Notes: generated by a model not told the origin, from the sequence alone. A DNA stretch of 62,521 nucleotides, filler included, from Bonamia ostreae (GCA_040357525.1; 36 parts of 36 records of this genome joined end to end with filler, not necessarily neighbours in it); one strand, 5' to 3'. Positions 12,313 through 24,549 are shown, counted from the whole stretch's first letter. Numbers and translations: made by a program.

Positions 12313-13735
12313 AATTCGCGCAGCCACCAGATGCGACATCGCTAAAGACTCAGGCCTCACAAAAGCCAAATAAGGCTCTTATCTTTGCATCCATTTCATT
12401 CGCGGGGAATGTTGTATGGTTTCTCAACCTAAAATAAAAAGGGTTTCGAATGCCGTTACTTCCACCATTTACCCACACAACAAGAAATCGAACACATTCC
12501 TGTCACAAAAGATGTTTTCGGACGAGATAGACACAGGTTTGGTCAACAACTTTTAGCACTGACAAAGAAGACATGTCCGGCGTTGGAAATTTCAACAAAG
12601 AAAACAAAACTTTGTTTATCGGAAGAGTTCCCGGAAAAGCGACGGACATTAATGTTTTTCTAAATTTTTGCTAATTTTGGGAAAAAAATTTTGCTAATTT
12701 TCTTATTTGAAGAATCTTTTGTATCATCATTTTTCGGAATGGGGAGATATCGAGGAAAGTTTTCAAAATACAAAATTTTTAAAATTAGTCAACATTCCAT
12801 CCGACAAATCGATGGCATTTATAAGATTCCAATTCCGATCAAGCGCTGAAATAGCGAAGGTTGCAATGGATTGTCAGAGCCTCGGGTTTGGGGACATCCT
12901 GCAAATTCGCTGGGCACACGAGGACCCTAATCCAAAGCGGCGGCGTGCAGCCGAGGAAGCTGAAAAAACGCAAGCGAAAAAGAAGCTGGTGCAAAGAGGT
13001 TAAAACATTTTTTCACAAAATGAGTAAAATATTATTAAAATTTGGTTAATTGAAAAAAATGTCGAAATATTAAAAATAGCGACGAAAATATTACAGAAAA
13101 CCGATTTGGCTAATTTGGAACAAAATTTGATAACAAAAAATGAAAATGAAATTTTTCTGCGAGAAAAAATAGCTCAAGAAAATGAGGAGTTTGAAAAGAA
13201 AATTGGTGAATATCAAAACTGGTTGAACATTGTCGACAACGACGATTTCAAAGACAATGTCCAAAATAACAATAATTTGGAAAATGACAACAATGATTTA
13301 ATTGAACCTCCTGGAATTAGTAATAAAACAAATTTTGAAAATATAACAAACAAAAATTACGAAAAAATGAGCTTAAGTGATATGGAAACAAATTTTGAAA
13401 ATACAACAAACAAAAATTACGAAAAAATGAGCTTAAGTGATATGGACAAAATTAGCAATAAAACAAATTTTGAAAATACAACAGATAAAAATTACGAAAA
13501 AACGAGCTTAAGTGATATGGACCAACATATTTTAAATCAAAAAGATGGACAAAATTTGACATTAAAGCCTCCGCCAGGAATAAAAAGAAAGGGCAAAAAA
13601 ATTGTAAAGAAAAATGGTTTTCCTAATAAAAATTTAGAAATAAGATTTTCTACAAAACCACTCAAATTGAAAAACCCCAAAAAGTACAAATTTCCGGATA
13701 TCAACAAACAAATTGATAATGCCCTTAAAAAGTAA
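12313..13735 (+). CDS. CWC2: Pre-mRNA splicing factor Cwc2 (CCCH/Torus + RRM), 5' partial; introns 12419-12441, 12537-12556, 12654-12712, 12759-12788, 12999-13079; in-frame TAA at 12371-12373
   Basis: Spliced translation RCDIAKDSGLTKAK*GSYLCIHFIRGECCMGFECRYFHHLPT..KDVFGRDRHSTDKEDMSGVGNFNKENKTLFIGRV..HFSEWGDIEEINI..AFIRF..SAEIAKVAM..QSL..LQIRWAHEDPNP matches Cwc2 motifs. Confidence 0.88.
13319..13522 (+). repeat. Coding tandem repeat, about 3 copies of (N/E)(K)TNFEN.T.KNYEK.SLSDM, in the Cwc2 C-terminal tail
   Basis: Near-identical DNA units ACAAATTTTGAAAATA..ACAA..AAAAATTACGAAAAAA.GAGCTTAAGTGATATGGA. Confidence 0.9.
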
Positions 13736-14004
13736 ATCGCTAAATTTTTATTTATTCTTATCGGTGAGAACTTAACCAAAACAAATTATTTTTGTCTTTT
13801 TCAGGGAAAAATTATTTAAATTAAAAGGATTAAAATTATTTCCATCAATTTTTTACAGACAAAAATTTTAAAAAAATATCTCTAGCTATTTCGAANNNNN
13901 NNNNNNNNNNNNNNNNNNNNNNNNNNNNNNNNNNNNNNNTTAATTAATTAANNNNNNNNNNNNNNNNNNNNNNNNNNNNNNNNNNNNNNNNNNNNGCGCC
14001 ATTT

Positions 14005-14253
14005 TTATAAAAACAATTGATGTCTCTTAAGATTGTACTTCTTGGAAAATCGCTTGAAGCACAAAAAACATTGAAAACATCGAATTTTATAGTGTACACT
14101 ATTCAGATGCGAATTCATCGTCTGCTTTTTGAAGAAACGTTTGTCACATTTGGGACAAGAAAACTTTCTCAATTTATCTCTTTCTGCTTGGAAAATTTGA
14201 TTTCTGTCGTTTCGGCTGAAAACTTTCCTCTTTTTCCCGGAAAGATTTGACAT
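14005..14253 (-). CDS. C2H2 zinc-finger protein, probably 3' partial
   Basis: CPKCDKRFFKKQTMNSHLNSVH followed by CFLCFKRFSKKYNLKRHQ. A GTTTTT donor follows near the contig end. Confidence 0.8.
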   Translation of the reverse strand: MSNLSGKKRKVFSRNDRNQIFQAERDKLRKFSCPKCDKRFFKKQTMNSHLNSVHYKIRCFQCFLCFKRFSKKYNLKRHQLFL

Positions 14254-14692
14254 TATTAATGAAAACGAGCAGTTTTATAAAAGAATAATTGCAATTCGCG
14301 TAATAAAATCGCAAAAGAGCCGAAAGCGGTTTTTTATTTATAAACGAAAATGAGTACTCAAATTTTATCATCAAAATTTTTGTTGTTACGAAAAAATCTG
14401 TAAAAATGATTAAATATTGTCCGTTTTTAGTACTTTCAACGATCAAAACCGGATTTTTAGTTTAAAATCAGTTTTCGTTAAAAAAAAACGTAATTTTTAC
14501 AAATTTAAAAATTTTTCCATTTTCCGTTTTTCCTTTTTTCAGTTTTTCCGTTTTTCAGTTTGTTGTTCTTTGACCGAAATGCTAAAATTGCCATTTGATT
14601 TCAGCGATATAATAAAACAATTCGTCGACTAAATCCGATTTTAGCTTTTAGTTCCAAAATTATATCATCTCGATAAACCCGAAGCCGTTATA

Positions 14693-15124
14693 ATGTCCGA
14701 CAAAAAGCAAAACCGAAATGGGTTTGCCAGACATCTCCATTTGCGCACGTACAATTTTGCGGCGAAGACTGGAATAAAAAGACTGAGCAGTTTCCAAGTT
14801 TTGGCTCGCAGCGGAGGCCACAAAGTGCTCCGAAGCCAAATCTCGTTGTTGGAAGGAAAACGTCTTTGGGAAGACTTTTCCATCACGCGCCTCAAAAACG
14901 CGAAGAAAAAGGCGTCAAATCTCGCGAAAGAACTGTCTTCCCTCCGAAATCTCGATTCGCCCCGCTCTTTCACGAAAATCGTGTCCGTTTTGGGCACAAA
15001 CAAAAATAAATATTTGGTAGTGCGCAAACACGACAAAAGAAACCGCTTCGTCAAAAGTTGGGAATCGGTTGAAAAAAGGGAAATAGAAAAACCGCTCAAA
15101 ATTTACGAAAAAATTGTTTTTTGA
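14693..15124 (+). CDS. Hypothetical basic protein (may continue in a downstream exon near 15301-15643)
   Basis: 143-aa ATG-initiated ORF with higher GC than its flanks. No family recognised. Confidence 0.55.
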   Translation: MSDKKQNRNGFARHLHLRTYNFAAKTGIKRLSSFQVLARSGGHKVLRSQISLLEGKRLWEDFSITRLKNAKKKASNLAKELSSLRNLDSPRSFTKIVSVLGTNKNKYLVVRKHDKRNRFVKSWESVEKREIEKPLKIYEKIVF

Positions 15125-15743
15125 AGTTCAAAATTTAAAGTTTGAATCGATTGAAAAAGAAAATTTTGAAAGTTATTGTTATTTTTGCAGAAAAGAGAGC
15201 TGTTTTTTAGACCAATTTTAACCAAAATTTAGCCAATTTTGACAGTTTTGCGAATAAAGAAAATTTTTATTTTCGCGGGAGAAATTTTGTTCCGATAAAT
15301 TTGAAAAAATTCTACAAAATTCTGACGCCCGAAAAATCCAATTTGGGCAAAAATTTTAGTTCCAAATTTGCGTTCCAAAACTTTTTAAACAAAAACAATT
15401 TGAAGCTTTTGAAGAAAAAAGTGCTTCTCAAAATTAAGAAAAAAGAATCGATAAAATTGGCAAAAATTTTTGTTTTGACAAAAAAGCAAACGAAAAGCGC
15501 TTTTAAAAACAGAAAGTTCTTAAATCGTCTTATAAAAACGGAAAATGACAGAAAGTGTGAAGTTTTAAAGAATTTGAACAATGACATTTTTGTGATCGGA
15601 TTGTCGTTGAGCAAGCCGTTAGTGATGGAATGTCTGATTTTCANNNNNNNNNNNNNNNNNNNNNNNNNNNNNNNNNNNNNNNNNNNNTTAATTAATTAAN
15701 NNNNNNNNNNNNNNNNNNNNNNNNNNNNNNNNNNNNNNNNNNN

Positions 15744-17390
15744 AAATCGAATATTTAAATCCAAAAAAAGCTATTGGATTTGACAACATACACCAATATA
15801 TGTTTATTCATAGTAAAAAAATATCATGTGTATATCTTTTAAACTTGTTTAATATGATAATTAAACATGGTTTGCCAAAGAAACTAAATACAGCAACATT
15901 AATTCCAATACCAAAGATTAACAAAGATTGTATAAAAATATGTAACATAAGACCCATTTCGTTACTTAGTGTAACAAGCAAAATATTTGAAAAAATAATG
16001 TTAAATAAACTTAAAAAGTTTCTTAATGATAATAAGATAATAAAAGACATACAACATGGTTTTACTGAAAATAAAAACACAAATGATAATATAATTAATT
16101 TATACGAAAAAATGTTAAGTACTTACAATAAAAAATCTAATATGTGTGTTGTCTTTTTAGATATTTCTAAGGCATACGACACTGTTGATAGAAATATTAT
16201 GATTAAAATTATTAAAAAAATTGGAATTAAAAACGAATTATTAACATTTTTAAATTACTTTTTGAGTTCAAGATTTTGTTATACAAAATATAACAATAAT
16301 AATAGTAAAATAATGAGTTTTAAATATGGACTTCCACAAGGAAGTCCATTATCGCCGACTCTATTCAATTTATATATCAACTGTATTTTTGAGGAAAGCT
16401 ACAAAAAAGTAAAATTTAGAGCTTTCGCGGATGATATTTATCTGTATAGCATAGATGAAAATGAAGAAAGACTAATATGTTATATTAACAATGCGATTAA
16501 AAAAGTAACATCTATTACAAACACATTAAATTTAAAATTTTCATTGGAAAAATCAAAAGCGATGTTTATATCCAATAAAATCAAAAATCAAACGTACAAA
16601 GTTAAATTATACGACAAGAACATTGAATATGTTAATGTAATTAAATATCTCGGAATCACATTTGACAAAAGATTAAAATTTGATGAACACTTAAATAATA
16701 CTTTAAAAAAAGCTAGGAAACGTTTATATTTTTTAAAGTATTTGACAAACAGCATCAAGGGTGCTAAGAAAATGTACTTAATTAATGCTTTTAAATCATT
16801 TGTCAGGTCATTATTGGATTACTCTTATCCAATTTTCATTTCACTAACAAAATCAAGACTAAAAAGATTAGAATCTTTTCAGCACGTATCGCTTTGTTAT
16901 TTACTATCTATTAACAAAAGATCAAGTTATCTATGTCTTTTAAACTCAATCAACATGTTAACCTTAAAGAATAGGAATTTTCAACTTTTTTATAATTACA
17001 GCACTAAAAGGAATTTTCTAAATAAAAATTCTACAAATCGATCTTTTTATAATAAAAAATCTATTTGGATAAATTTTAATATCATCAAAAATTCAATAAA
17101 ATGTTTGGATTTTAATAAAAGTATTAAAAAAAGTCTTCTACTATTCCAATTAAAAAAATTAGAAGAGACTAAAAATAATTGTAATGATAATTCAAAATTC
17201 TCAATTGATATTTTTAACTATGCTTATAAAAATAAAATTAATATTTTTAAAAATATTAAAAAAATGTCTAATGTGAAATTTATCTATATTTTGAAAATTT
17301 TGTGCGGATGTCTACAACTGAACTATTTCTTTTTTAAAATGAAACTAAAAAAATCTGAATTTTGCAATTATTGTACGAAAAAAGAAACAA
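15744..17390 (+). mobile_element. Non-LTR retrotransposon (LINE) ORF2 reverse transcriptase fragment, uninterrupted across the whole contig
   Basis: Motifs KAIGFDNI, IPIPK, IRPISLLSVTSKIFEK, QHGF, FLDISKAYDTV, GLPQGSPLSPTLFNLY, FADD, KYLGITFD and a C-terminal CNYCTKKET knuckle. Confidence 0.96.
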
Positions 17391-19338
17391 NNNNNNNNNN
17401 NNNNNNNNNNNNNNNNNNNNNNNNNNNNNNNNNNTTAATTAATTAANNNNNNNNNNNNNNNNNNNNNNNNNNNNNNNNNNNNNNNNNNNNTATTGATCAC
17501 TGTTCATTTTTTCTGCACTTTTCGTGAGTAAATAGATAGTTCGTTAAATGTAAAGAAACAAAAACGAAGACTTCTACTTCCGAGACATGTTATAAGGAAT
17601 GAATACGTACATACTCCGTATGATTAATATGAGTATTTCATTGTACTATTCAATGCCCGTATGTAAAGTTTGAACTTCGGAATGTTCCCCTTAGTTTGTT
17701 CTATCGGGTAGAATAGCAAAAAATAGAAATGCTTAAAGTGTTTTTTTTTTACATGCAACTTTCATATCTTACACCTTCAATCTCAGATTTAACAACGAAG
17801 AAGCGTAAATCATCTTTACATCTTAGACCATTAAAATCCATGGCATATTAACAAAATTAAACAAAATAAAAAATCTGACCCGCCCACAGAATATCAAACT
17901 TAAGCCGTATGTTTTGTTACTATTTTTGTCGAAAATTCATGAATCCGTCACTTTAAATATCTAGAATGCAAATTTAAGATGCTATTAATAAGTCCACTGG
18001 TAGCACATACTAAAATTTCATTATTATGTTACTAAATGCATATCATACCCTCCCCTTGGCATTTTGCCCACCAGTCGTCGATATGCTCCTCTCTTTAAAA
18101 AGTATAGGTTTGCATGAACTCATTCCATAGATATGGGCTGGATTATTTAAAATCGATTAAATGTTTGTAGTACACGGTAAGAAAAATAAAAACCTTTACC
18201 GGTTATAGTTATGAAAGATCAAAAGAAATCAACTGGCTGAATTCTGATGACAGAGAAACGCTCAGCAAACAACATATGATTCATTTTCATTTTGAATGTT
18301 TTGAAAATATTTAGACTCCATTCGATGTAATTTGGCAGCTGGGATCTAATGAAATACACATGCTAGAAAAATAATTAAATCACCCGACAAATCTTTTTTC
18401 TTTCCCAAGCACCTGAGTGTATGAGTTTATCTCCAATCACAATTGTTGGCACAGGTTCAGTCTGGTTTTAATTAAAAATCTGAAAGATAAAATTACAAAA
18501 CATACCGATATGCATTTCACCATGACACAAACGTATTGACATTTGCACAAAGACTATGCAATGGGTTGAAATAGAGCCCTGGTACAAAAAGGAAAGTATT
18601 TGAAGGTAGACGATGATCTGTTGTGATAATCAAATATAATAGATGTGAATTTTTCTCGTGTATTCCATTATAGATTAAGAACACAATGTCATTTCTTCTT
18701 TTCAACGATCAAAATTATTTACAAAGAAAGAGAAAGATATTTTCCACCTACTGGTTTCATTTTCAGGGAACCATAATAGTATGCATCATAACTTCAGAAA
18801 TATTCATAATTTCAACACACTTTTCAATCGATATTCCCATGCATGGTGTAAATAACTATATTCGCCCGATATTTATCAATTTACAAGAATACACTAGTTC
18901 ATTTTCCCTTACCCTACAAAATATGTTGCATTCAATGACTACAATGCAACATGACTACTGATGTGATTTTGTTACAACGAAGACCTGAGCGGGTGTCTTC
19001 CGCGGGTCTAAAATTTGTTAATTTTCTGGCTCAAAGGAATGCTAAAAATAGCGGAATAAGGTTTTGTGGACAAAAAGAGTTATCTTTCTTACAAATACTC
19101 GAGTTGCAATACGGAACTTTCGGGATGAGGCGGAANNNNNNNNNNNNNNNNNNNNNNNNNNNNNNNNNNNNNNNNNNNNTTAATTAATTAANNNNNNNNN
19201 NNNNNNNNNNNNNNNNNNNNNNNNNNNNNNNNNNNCGACATATCTTCTTAAAAGAAGCGTCTCGGTTACAAACTATAAACAAAATCAATATAGTTTAATT
19301 AGATGAAAAATCCGAAAAGCTCGAACAAATGACATTTA

Positions 19339-20801
19339 TTAGAACTCGAAATTGGGATCTATACTGAGTGCCCATGGAAATTTGTCCAGCAAAGCTTTTT
19401 GAAATATCTTTTCGATTGGCATTTCGTTTCTTTTGCACCACGCGACGCTTATTCTCGGGTCCATATAATTTATTTTCGACGTTCCCAGCGCTATTTCTTT
19501 CGTCGATTTCTAAAGTTTATAGTTTATTGACATTATTTTGTAATATTAAAATTTTAAATTATCAAATTAAAAATAATTAAATCACCTTAAGCTTAATATT
19601 AAATCCCTGTTTTTCAATTCTGACTTTTAATCTTTTGATCATATTCTTTACGACCATCGGATTTCTTTTTCTTTTCGCGTTTTTCTTTGTTGTTTCAGTT
19701 TCTTTTGTCGTATCTGAGACGCTTTTGTATTCTTTTTTTAGCTCTTTAAGTTTAATTTTCATTTCGTTTAGCCGATCCAATTGTTTCTGCAAACTAGCGT
19801 TAAATGTCTTTGATACCGTTTTCTGGTGGTTGCACAATATTGCAACTTGTCGATTTGCTCTATAGTTGAAAAACAAAAAACTCGTCATAAAAGTACTTTT
19901 TCTGATCGATTGTTTTTCTTTTATCCACTTTTTCTTTTGCTAATTCCTTCAATTTATTTTGCGATATAAAATTAATGTAAAATTATTGTTTTCTTAAATC
20001 AATATCTGTAAATAAAAGTAAAAATCGATCCGTTAATAAAAATTTTGTCTTTAAAAATTGATCTTTTAATAAAATTTTTTGTCCATTAAAAATTGATCCT
20101 TTTAAAATAGATAAAATCATTTTAAAAACATTCTGTAAAGTTATTGAAGCGTTAAAAGTACGGAACACTTTAGCTGTTAAATTTTCTGATAGTTCTGAAA
20201 GATAAGCATTAACAATTCTGGTCTATTTAAAAATATTATTAAAATTTAGATTTACATTTAGTTTGTCGAATATAATATCGGACGATATTTTGTTTTTGCA
20301 AAAATATTTCAGATTTTTGTAAACGACCCGATCGATTTTGGTTTTGTTCTGATACCTTATTGAATCCTTTCCTAAAAAATCAAGTTTGATCGTATTGTCA
20401 TCTAAAAATTTGATATGTTCCAATCGAAGTGTACATACTCCAACTGTATCCGCTGTTATAGAAGTATCTTTTTCGTTTCTTTATATGGAAACAATATAAA
20501 ATTTTGTTTCATGTATTTTTTCCAATAAAATAATAACAAATCATAAAAGCTGAAATTTAAATATAAAATTAAAATTAGTAAGAAATTTAAATATTTAAAC
20601 TTTGTTGAATAAATAAAACCCGACTCGAATGGCCAATTTGTCAATTATCCATACTGCAGTAGCTCTTTGTCTGTTACTTTGATCATCTGAATTCAAATCT
20701 TTCATATATTCTTTCCGAACAAAATCAATTTTGTTTTTTAGTGCTCGAGCAGATTCGTACTTTTTCATATCGTTTTGTCCTTTTAATGTCGAACTCGCAT
20801 G
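19339..20801 (-). CDS. TOP1: DNA topoisomerase IB, 3' part; introns 20479-20619, 20223-20255, 19947-20129, 19860-19881, 19510-19585
   Basis: Spliced translation contains [79 protein letters not shown] and the catalytic [19 protein letters not shown]. Confidence 0.97.
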
Positions 20802-20978
20802 CTAAAAAAGGTTAATTTTATATTGTTTTTTATCGCAATAAATTTTGAACTGTTTTTTATCGCAATAAATTTTGAACTNNNNNNNNNNNNNNNNNNNNNN
20901 NNNNNNNNNNNNNNNNNNNNNNTTAATTAATTAANNNNNNNNNNNNNNNNNNNNNNNNNNNNNNNNNNNNNNNNNNNN

Positions 20979-21256
20979 ATTTGCCCGATCAGTTCTTTGT
21001 GATTTGGATCGAACACTTTTTCACAACTGTCGCGTGCGATATATTGAACAAAATTCGTCTTTACAACTTTTGGCGTAAATTCAATCAATTTAGAAGTGTC
21101 TGCCAATTTGTAGCCACAGTAATAATCGGTGTAAAAGAAATAAAATTTTTTGTAAACTTCTCCGTTGCAATCATGTTGTTCTTCTGAATGTGTCAAATTT
21201 AAGAAAAGTAGCAAGAAACAAATCGAGATTTCATCAGCCAAAAATTTTTTAAGCAT
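20979..21256 (-). CDS. Small secreted cysteine-containing protein (paralog A), 3' truncated by the contig end
   Basis: Hydrophobic N-terminus ICFLLLFLNLTHS, then CNG..CGYKLADTSKL..SCEKVFD..LIGQ. Collinear with the 21469-21813 protein. Confidence 0.75.
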
Positions 21257-21468
21257 TTTAAAAAAAATTCCCGATTAAACAAATTTGCAAAAAAACCAAA
21301 TTGTAGTTTTATTAGCCAAATTTATTGTTTTTGTTCAAATTTCAAATGAAAATATCTACACAGATAAAGAGATTAAATCAGTTACAGAAATAATGTCTTT
21401 GCACAAAGAATATAAAATGTAAACAATTTAAACAATTTAAATAATTTTTGACAAACCAAAAATATAAA

Positions 21469-21813
21469 ATGGTGTACATTTTAATTCTTGCAACATTCTT
21501 ATTCCAAAAATCTTTCGTAAACTGCGAATGTAATGGCGATCTCCAACTTATTACTTACAATTGCCTTTACAAAATAGCCAATGGAAGCAGACTTCTTCGT
21601 GTAGATTTAAAAATGGCTGGGATCAACAGGTTAGTCTTCGTTGTGAAAGGCTCTTGTTATGGAATATTGGATCAAAGGTACGATTCTCTTATTGGACAGA
21701 TTAAAGGTCCTCAAGCAAACATTTATCACTGTTATCTTAAAACAAAAAACACAAACAAAGACGCTTTGGCGATAATAACAAAAGAAAATATTGTTCTTAT
21801 CGGCGGGGGCTGA
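21469..21813 (+). CDS. Small secreted cysteine-containing protein (paralog B)
   Basis: Signal-like MVYILILATFLFQKSFVNC, then CNG..CLYKIANGSRL..SCYGILD..LIGQI..HC. Confidence 0.75.
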   Translation: MVYILILATFLFQKSFVNCECNGDLQLITYNCLYKIANGSRLLRVDLKMAGINRLVFVVKGSCYGILDQRYDSLIGQIKGPQANIYHCYLKTKNTNKDALAIITKENIVLIGGG

Positions 21814-22055
21814 ATTAAATTTTGTAATTATTTTTTGTAAACTTTCAAAAATAACTGTTTAAACATCAGAACGCTCCGAATTTTGATTTCCAAATCTATC
21901 TTTCTTTAAAACAAAAATTCTCTTTATTGAAAGACAAATTATAAAAATCCCAGACAAAACTGTTAGAAATAACAAAACATTAATAGAATTTGAATATGAA
22001 AATTTGTGCAATCTTTCTAAATCGACATTATCCAACTCGAGATCAACAAAAATTC

Positions 22056-22487
22056 TTATCTTTTTTTTTCAAATTCGTCAAAATTCGCCAAAATTGTTTT
22101 ATTTCTGATTAAAAATTTCAAATTTTCATCAATTTGTATAATTTTTTCGTTTTTATCGATTTCAATGGCATATTCGAACAAATTGCTGATTTTAACACTT
22201 TCAAAAAATGTTTTTGTTATAGAAAGCGATTTTTTATCGCACACATCAAACTCGGTTTCAATCAGCGTTTTTGAATGGGAGATATTTATGAATCCAATTT
22301 TTATTATAAAAGTCGATTTGTTGCATTTCCATAAAAATGGTTTGTTTACGATGATATCAAAACTCGTCAAAATTTTCGGTTTTGGAAAAGTAAATTTGTA
22401 ACCCGTTTTCTCTCCATTCTTGTACAAGTTTAGTAAAGATATTACACATCCAAAACAAATTTGACACATTAAAATTTTTTTAAGCAT
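22056..22487 (-). CDS. Putative secreted hypothetical protein
   Basis: 143-aa ORF. Its N-terminus MLKKILMCQICFGCVISLLNL resembles paralog A (MLKKFLADEISICFLLLFLNL). Confidence 0.6.
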   Translation of the reverse strand: MLKKILMCQICFGCVISLLNLYKNGEKTGYKFTFPKPKILTSFDIIVNKPFLWKCNKSTFIIKIGFINISHSKTLIETEFDVCDKKSLSITKTFFESVKISNLFEYAIEIDKNEKIIQIDENLKFLIRNKTILANFDEFEKKR

Positions 22488-24462
22488 TTTACTTTCGTCT
22501 TTTTAGGTTTTTATTATCAAAATAGACTGTGCTGAATATTAAAATATTTTAAATCAAAATTATATTTTTTTTATAGATTTTGAACTGAAAATATTCTTTT
22601 TCACGGTTTTTATATATTTANNNNNNNNNNNNNNNNNNNNNNNNNNNNNNNNNNNNNNNNNNNNTTAATTAATTAANNNNNNNNNNNNNNNNNNNNNNNN
22701 NNNNNNNNNNNNNNNNNNNNGTATTCTATACCATCAAAGGTGAATCCAATGTAACACCGAAAAAGGAAGTTAAAATTCTTGTTAAATTCTTTGTCCAGGA
22801 AAAATTCAGTGGCGAATTTTAAAACCACTACTGCTATGTCGCAAACCAGTAAATCACAATCGCAGTCAGAAGAGCACATTTTTCCAAACTGTTCAAAAAA
22901 TATAAAATGTCTGAATTCCGATAATAAAATGCACACAAGTAGTGCAATGTACGGAATGAAAACAGTTTATGGGTGGAATTTCCTTTCGATTCTGCTTTTA
23001 CTTTGTATTGAAATGTTATTTATATCACAATATCAGTGGAAAGGAATGTAGCATACGTGTAACAGCTATGATTCCCTAGCTTGTTGTTAGTTACTCGTTA
23101 TACCTTTTATTTACTTCAACTGGATCTCTACGATAATGTTTAAATACACTTGACATCTTTCTGATGTACAATCTTCTTTTTAATAAGGAATGGAATGAAC
23201 TTAAAGATATCTTTTTTTTCTTGTGTGAAAGGTATCAAATATCGATCGATATAATGTAGACAACCTTAACTACATATTTTAAAAATGCACGGCAATCTGA
23301 ACAGCCTTTNNNNNNNNNNCTTTGTACGATGCATTTATCTGTTTATGAATAAATGACTAACACAGTTCATTTAGCTTTTGTTTCCTGTAATTAAATTATT
23401 TCCCGGAGAACGCTTTTTGTTCAAAGCGCAACAACATCGTATCGAAGACCAGAGTGATGGTGTAGTGCTTCCTTTATCATAAACAAAACAAAGCCATATT
23501 TCCGACCTTTCTTTTTGCAACATTTCGAGAGGTGAACATGTACCTTGTCCTAAGCCGAATGTGATGTATAATTCTAGGTCGAGAATTACTTGTATCTGAT
23601 ACTATGTAACGCAGCAAAAACACACCATACAGCCGCCCGGTTATCAAACGTGGGGCAACAGCAAATTTATTTCTTAAATGGCAAAACTTCAACATTGACA
23701 TATCATTATTTCAGGATCCAAAACATCCATTAGAATGTTCTTCTAAAATAATGGAGGTTCAGTTACAGTGTCTGAGAATATCCGGGTTAAATTGTGCATC
23801 TTAAAGAGAACAATTTTATTCCAACACTCTGATACACTCACTAAAAAGCTAGAACGGGGGAATGACTGCACAAATCAAACCTGATATGAATATTCAGCAG
23901 ATTCAATCTGAATATGTTTAGGATGACGAGTCACCATATGAATTCCAATATGCGCTGTGTGAATAACATGTAGGATTATAAACCAAAGCCGTCAGCGTAC
24001 GGCAATATATGTTTTGATGGAATTCAGGTACCGGTTGATAGAGCTGCGAAAGTGTTTACAGGGCTGATGTTATCAACCATTGATTCCTTACCAAAGAAAA
24101 AGAAAATTAACAAAACTTATAACAAACCAAAATGTTTTATTTAAAACAAAATGATTTGACCATTAATTGAAATTATAATAAACAAGTTAAATTTGATCAA
24201 TTCTAAAAATGTATACTCAAAATAACCAAAACGATTGTAGAGTGAAAACCATTTTTATAAGCTTTATGTAGAGTATGACAATAAAGGAAATTAAAATCTA
24301 TACAATATAAACAGTTTATCTTGGATTTTAGATGATAAAAATCTTAAACGGTCAGGTCGTAGNNNNNNNNNNNNNNNNNNNNNNNNNNNNNNNNNNNNNN
24401 NNNNNNTTAATTAATTAANNNNNNNNNNNNNNNNNNNNNNNNNNNNNNNNNNNNNNNNNNNN

Positions 24463-24549
24463 AATGGCGGAAATATTGATAAAAATGATAATAAAAATGG
24501 CGGAAATATTGATAAAAATGATAATAAAAATGGCGGAAATATTGATAAA
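24463..24549 (+). repeat. 33-bp coding tandem repeat (NGGNIDKNDNK), at least 2.6 copies, at the contig edge
   Basis: AATGGCGGAAATATTGATAAAAATGATAATAAA is repeated. Confidence 0.92.

Noticed and set aside
15744-17390. RT as a retron, group II intron, DGR or telomerase
   Set aside because: The motif set (KA.G.D.I, RPISLL, QxGF, G.PQGS.LSP, KYLG, C-terminal CxxC) is typical of non-LTR ORF2.
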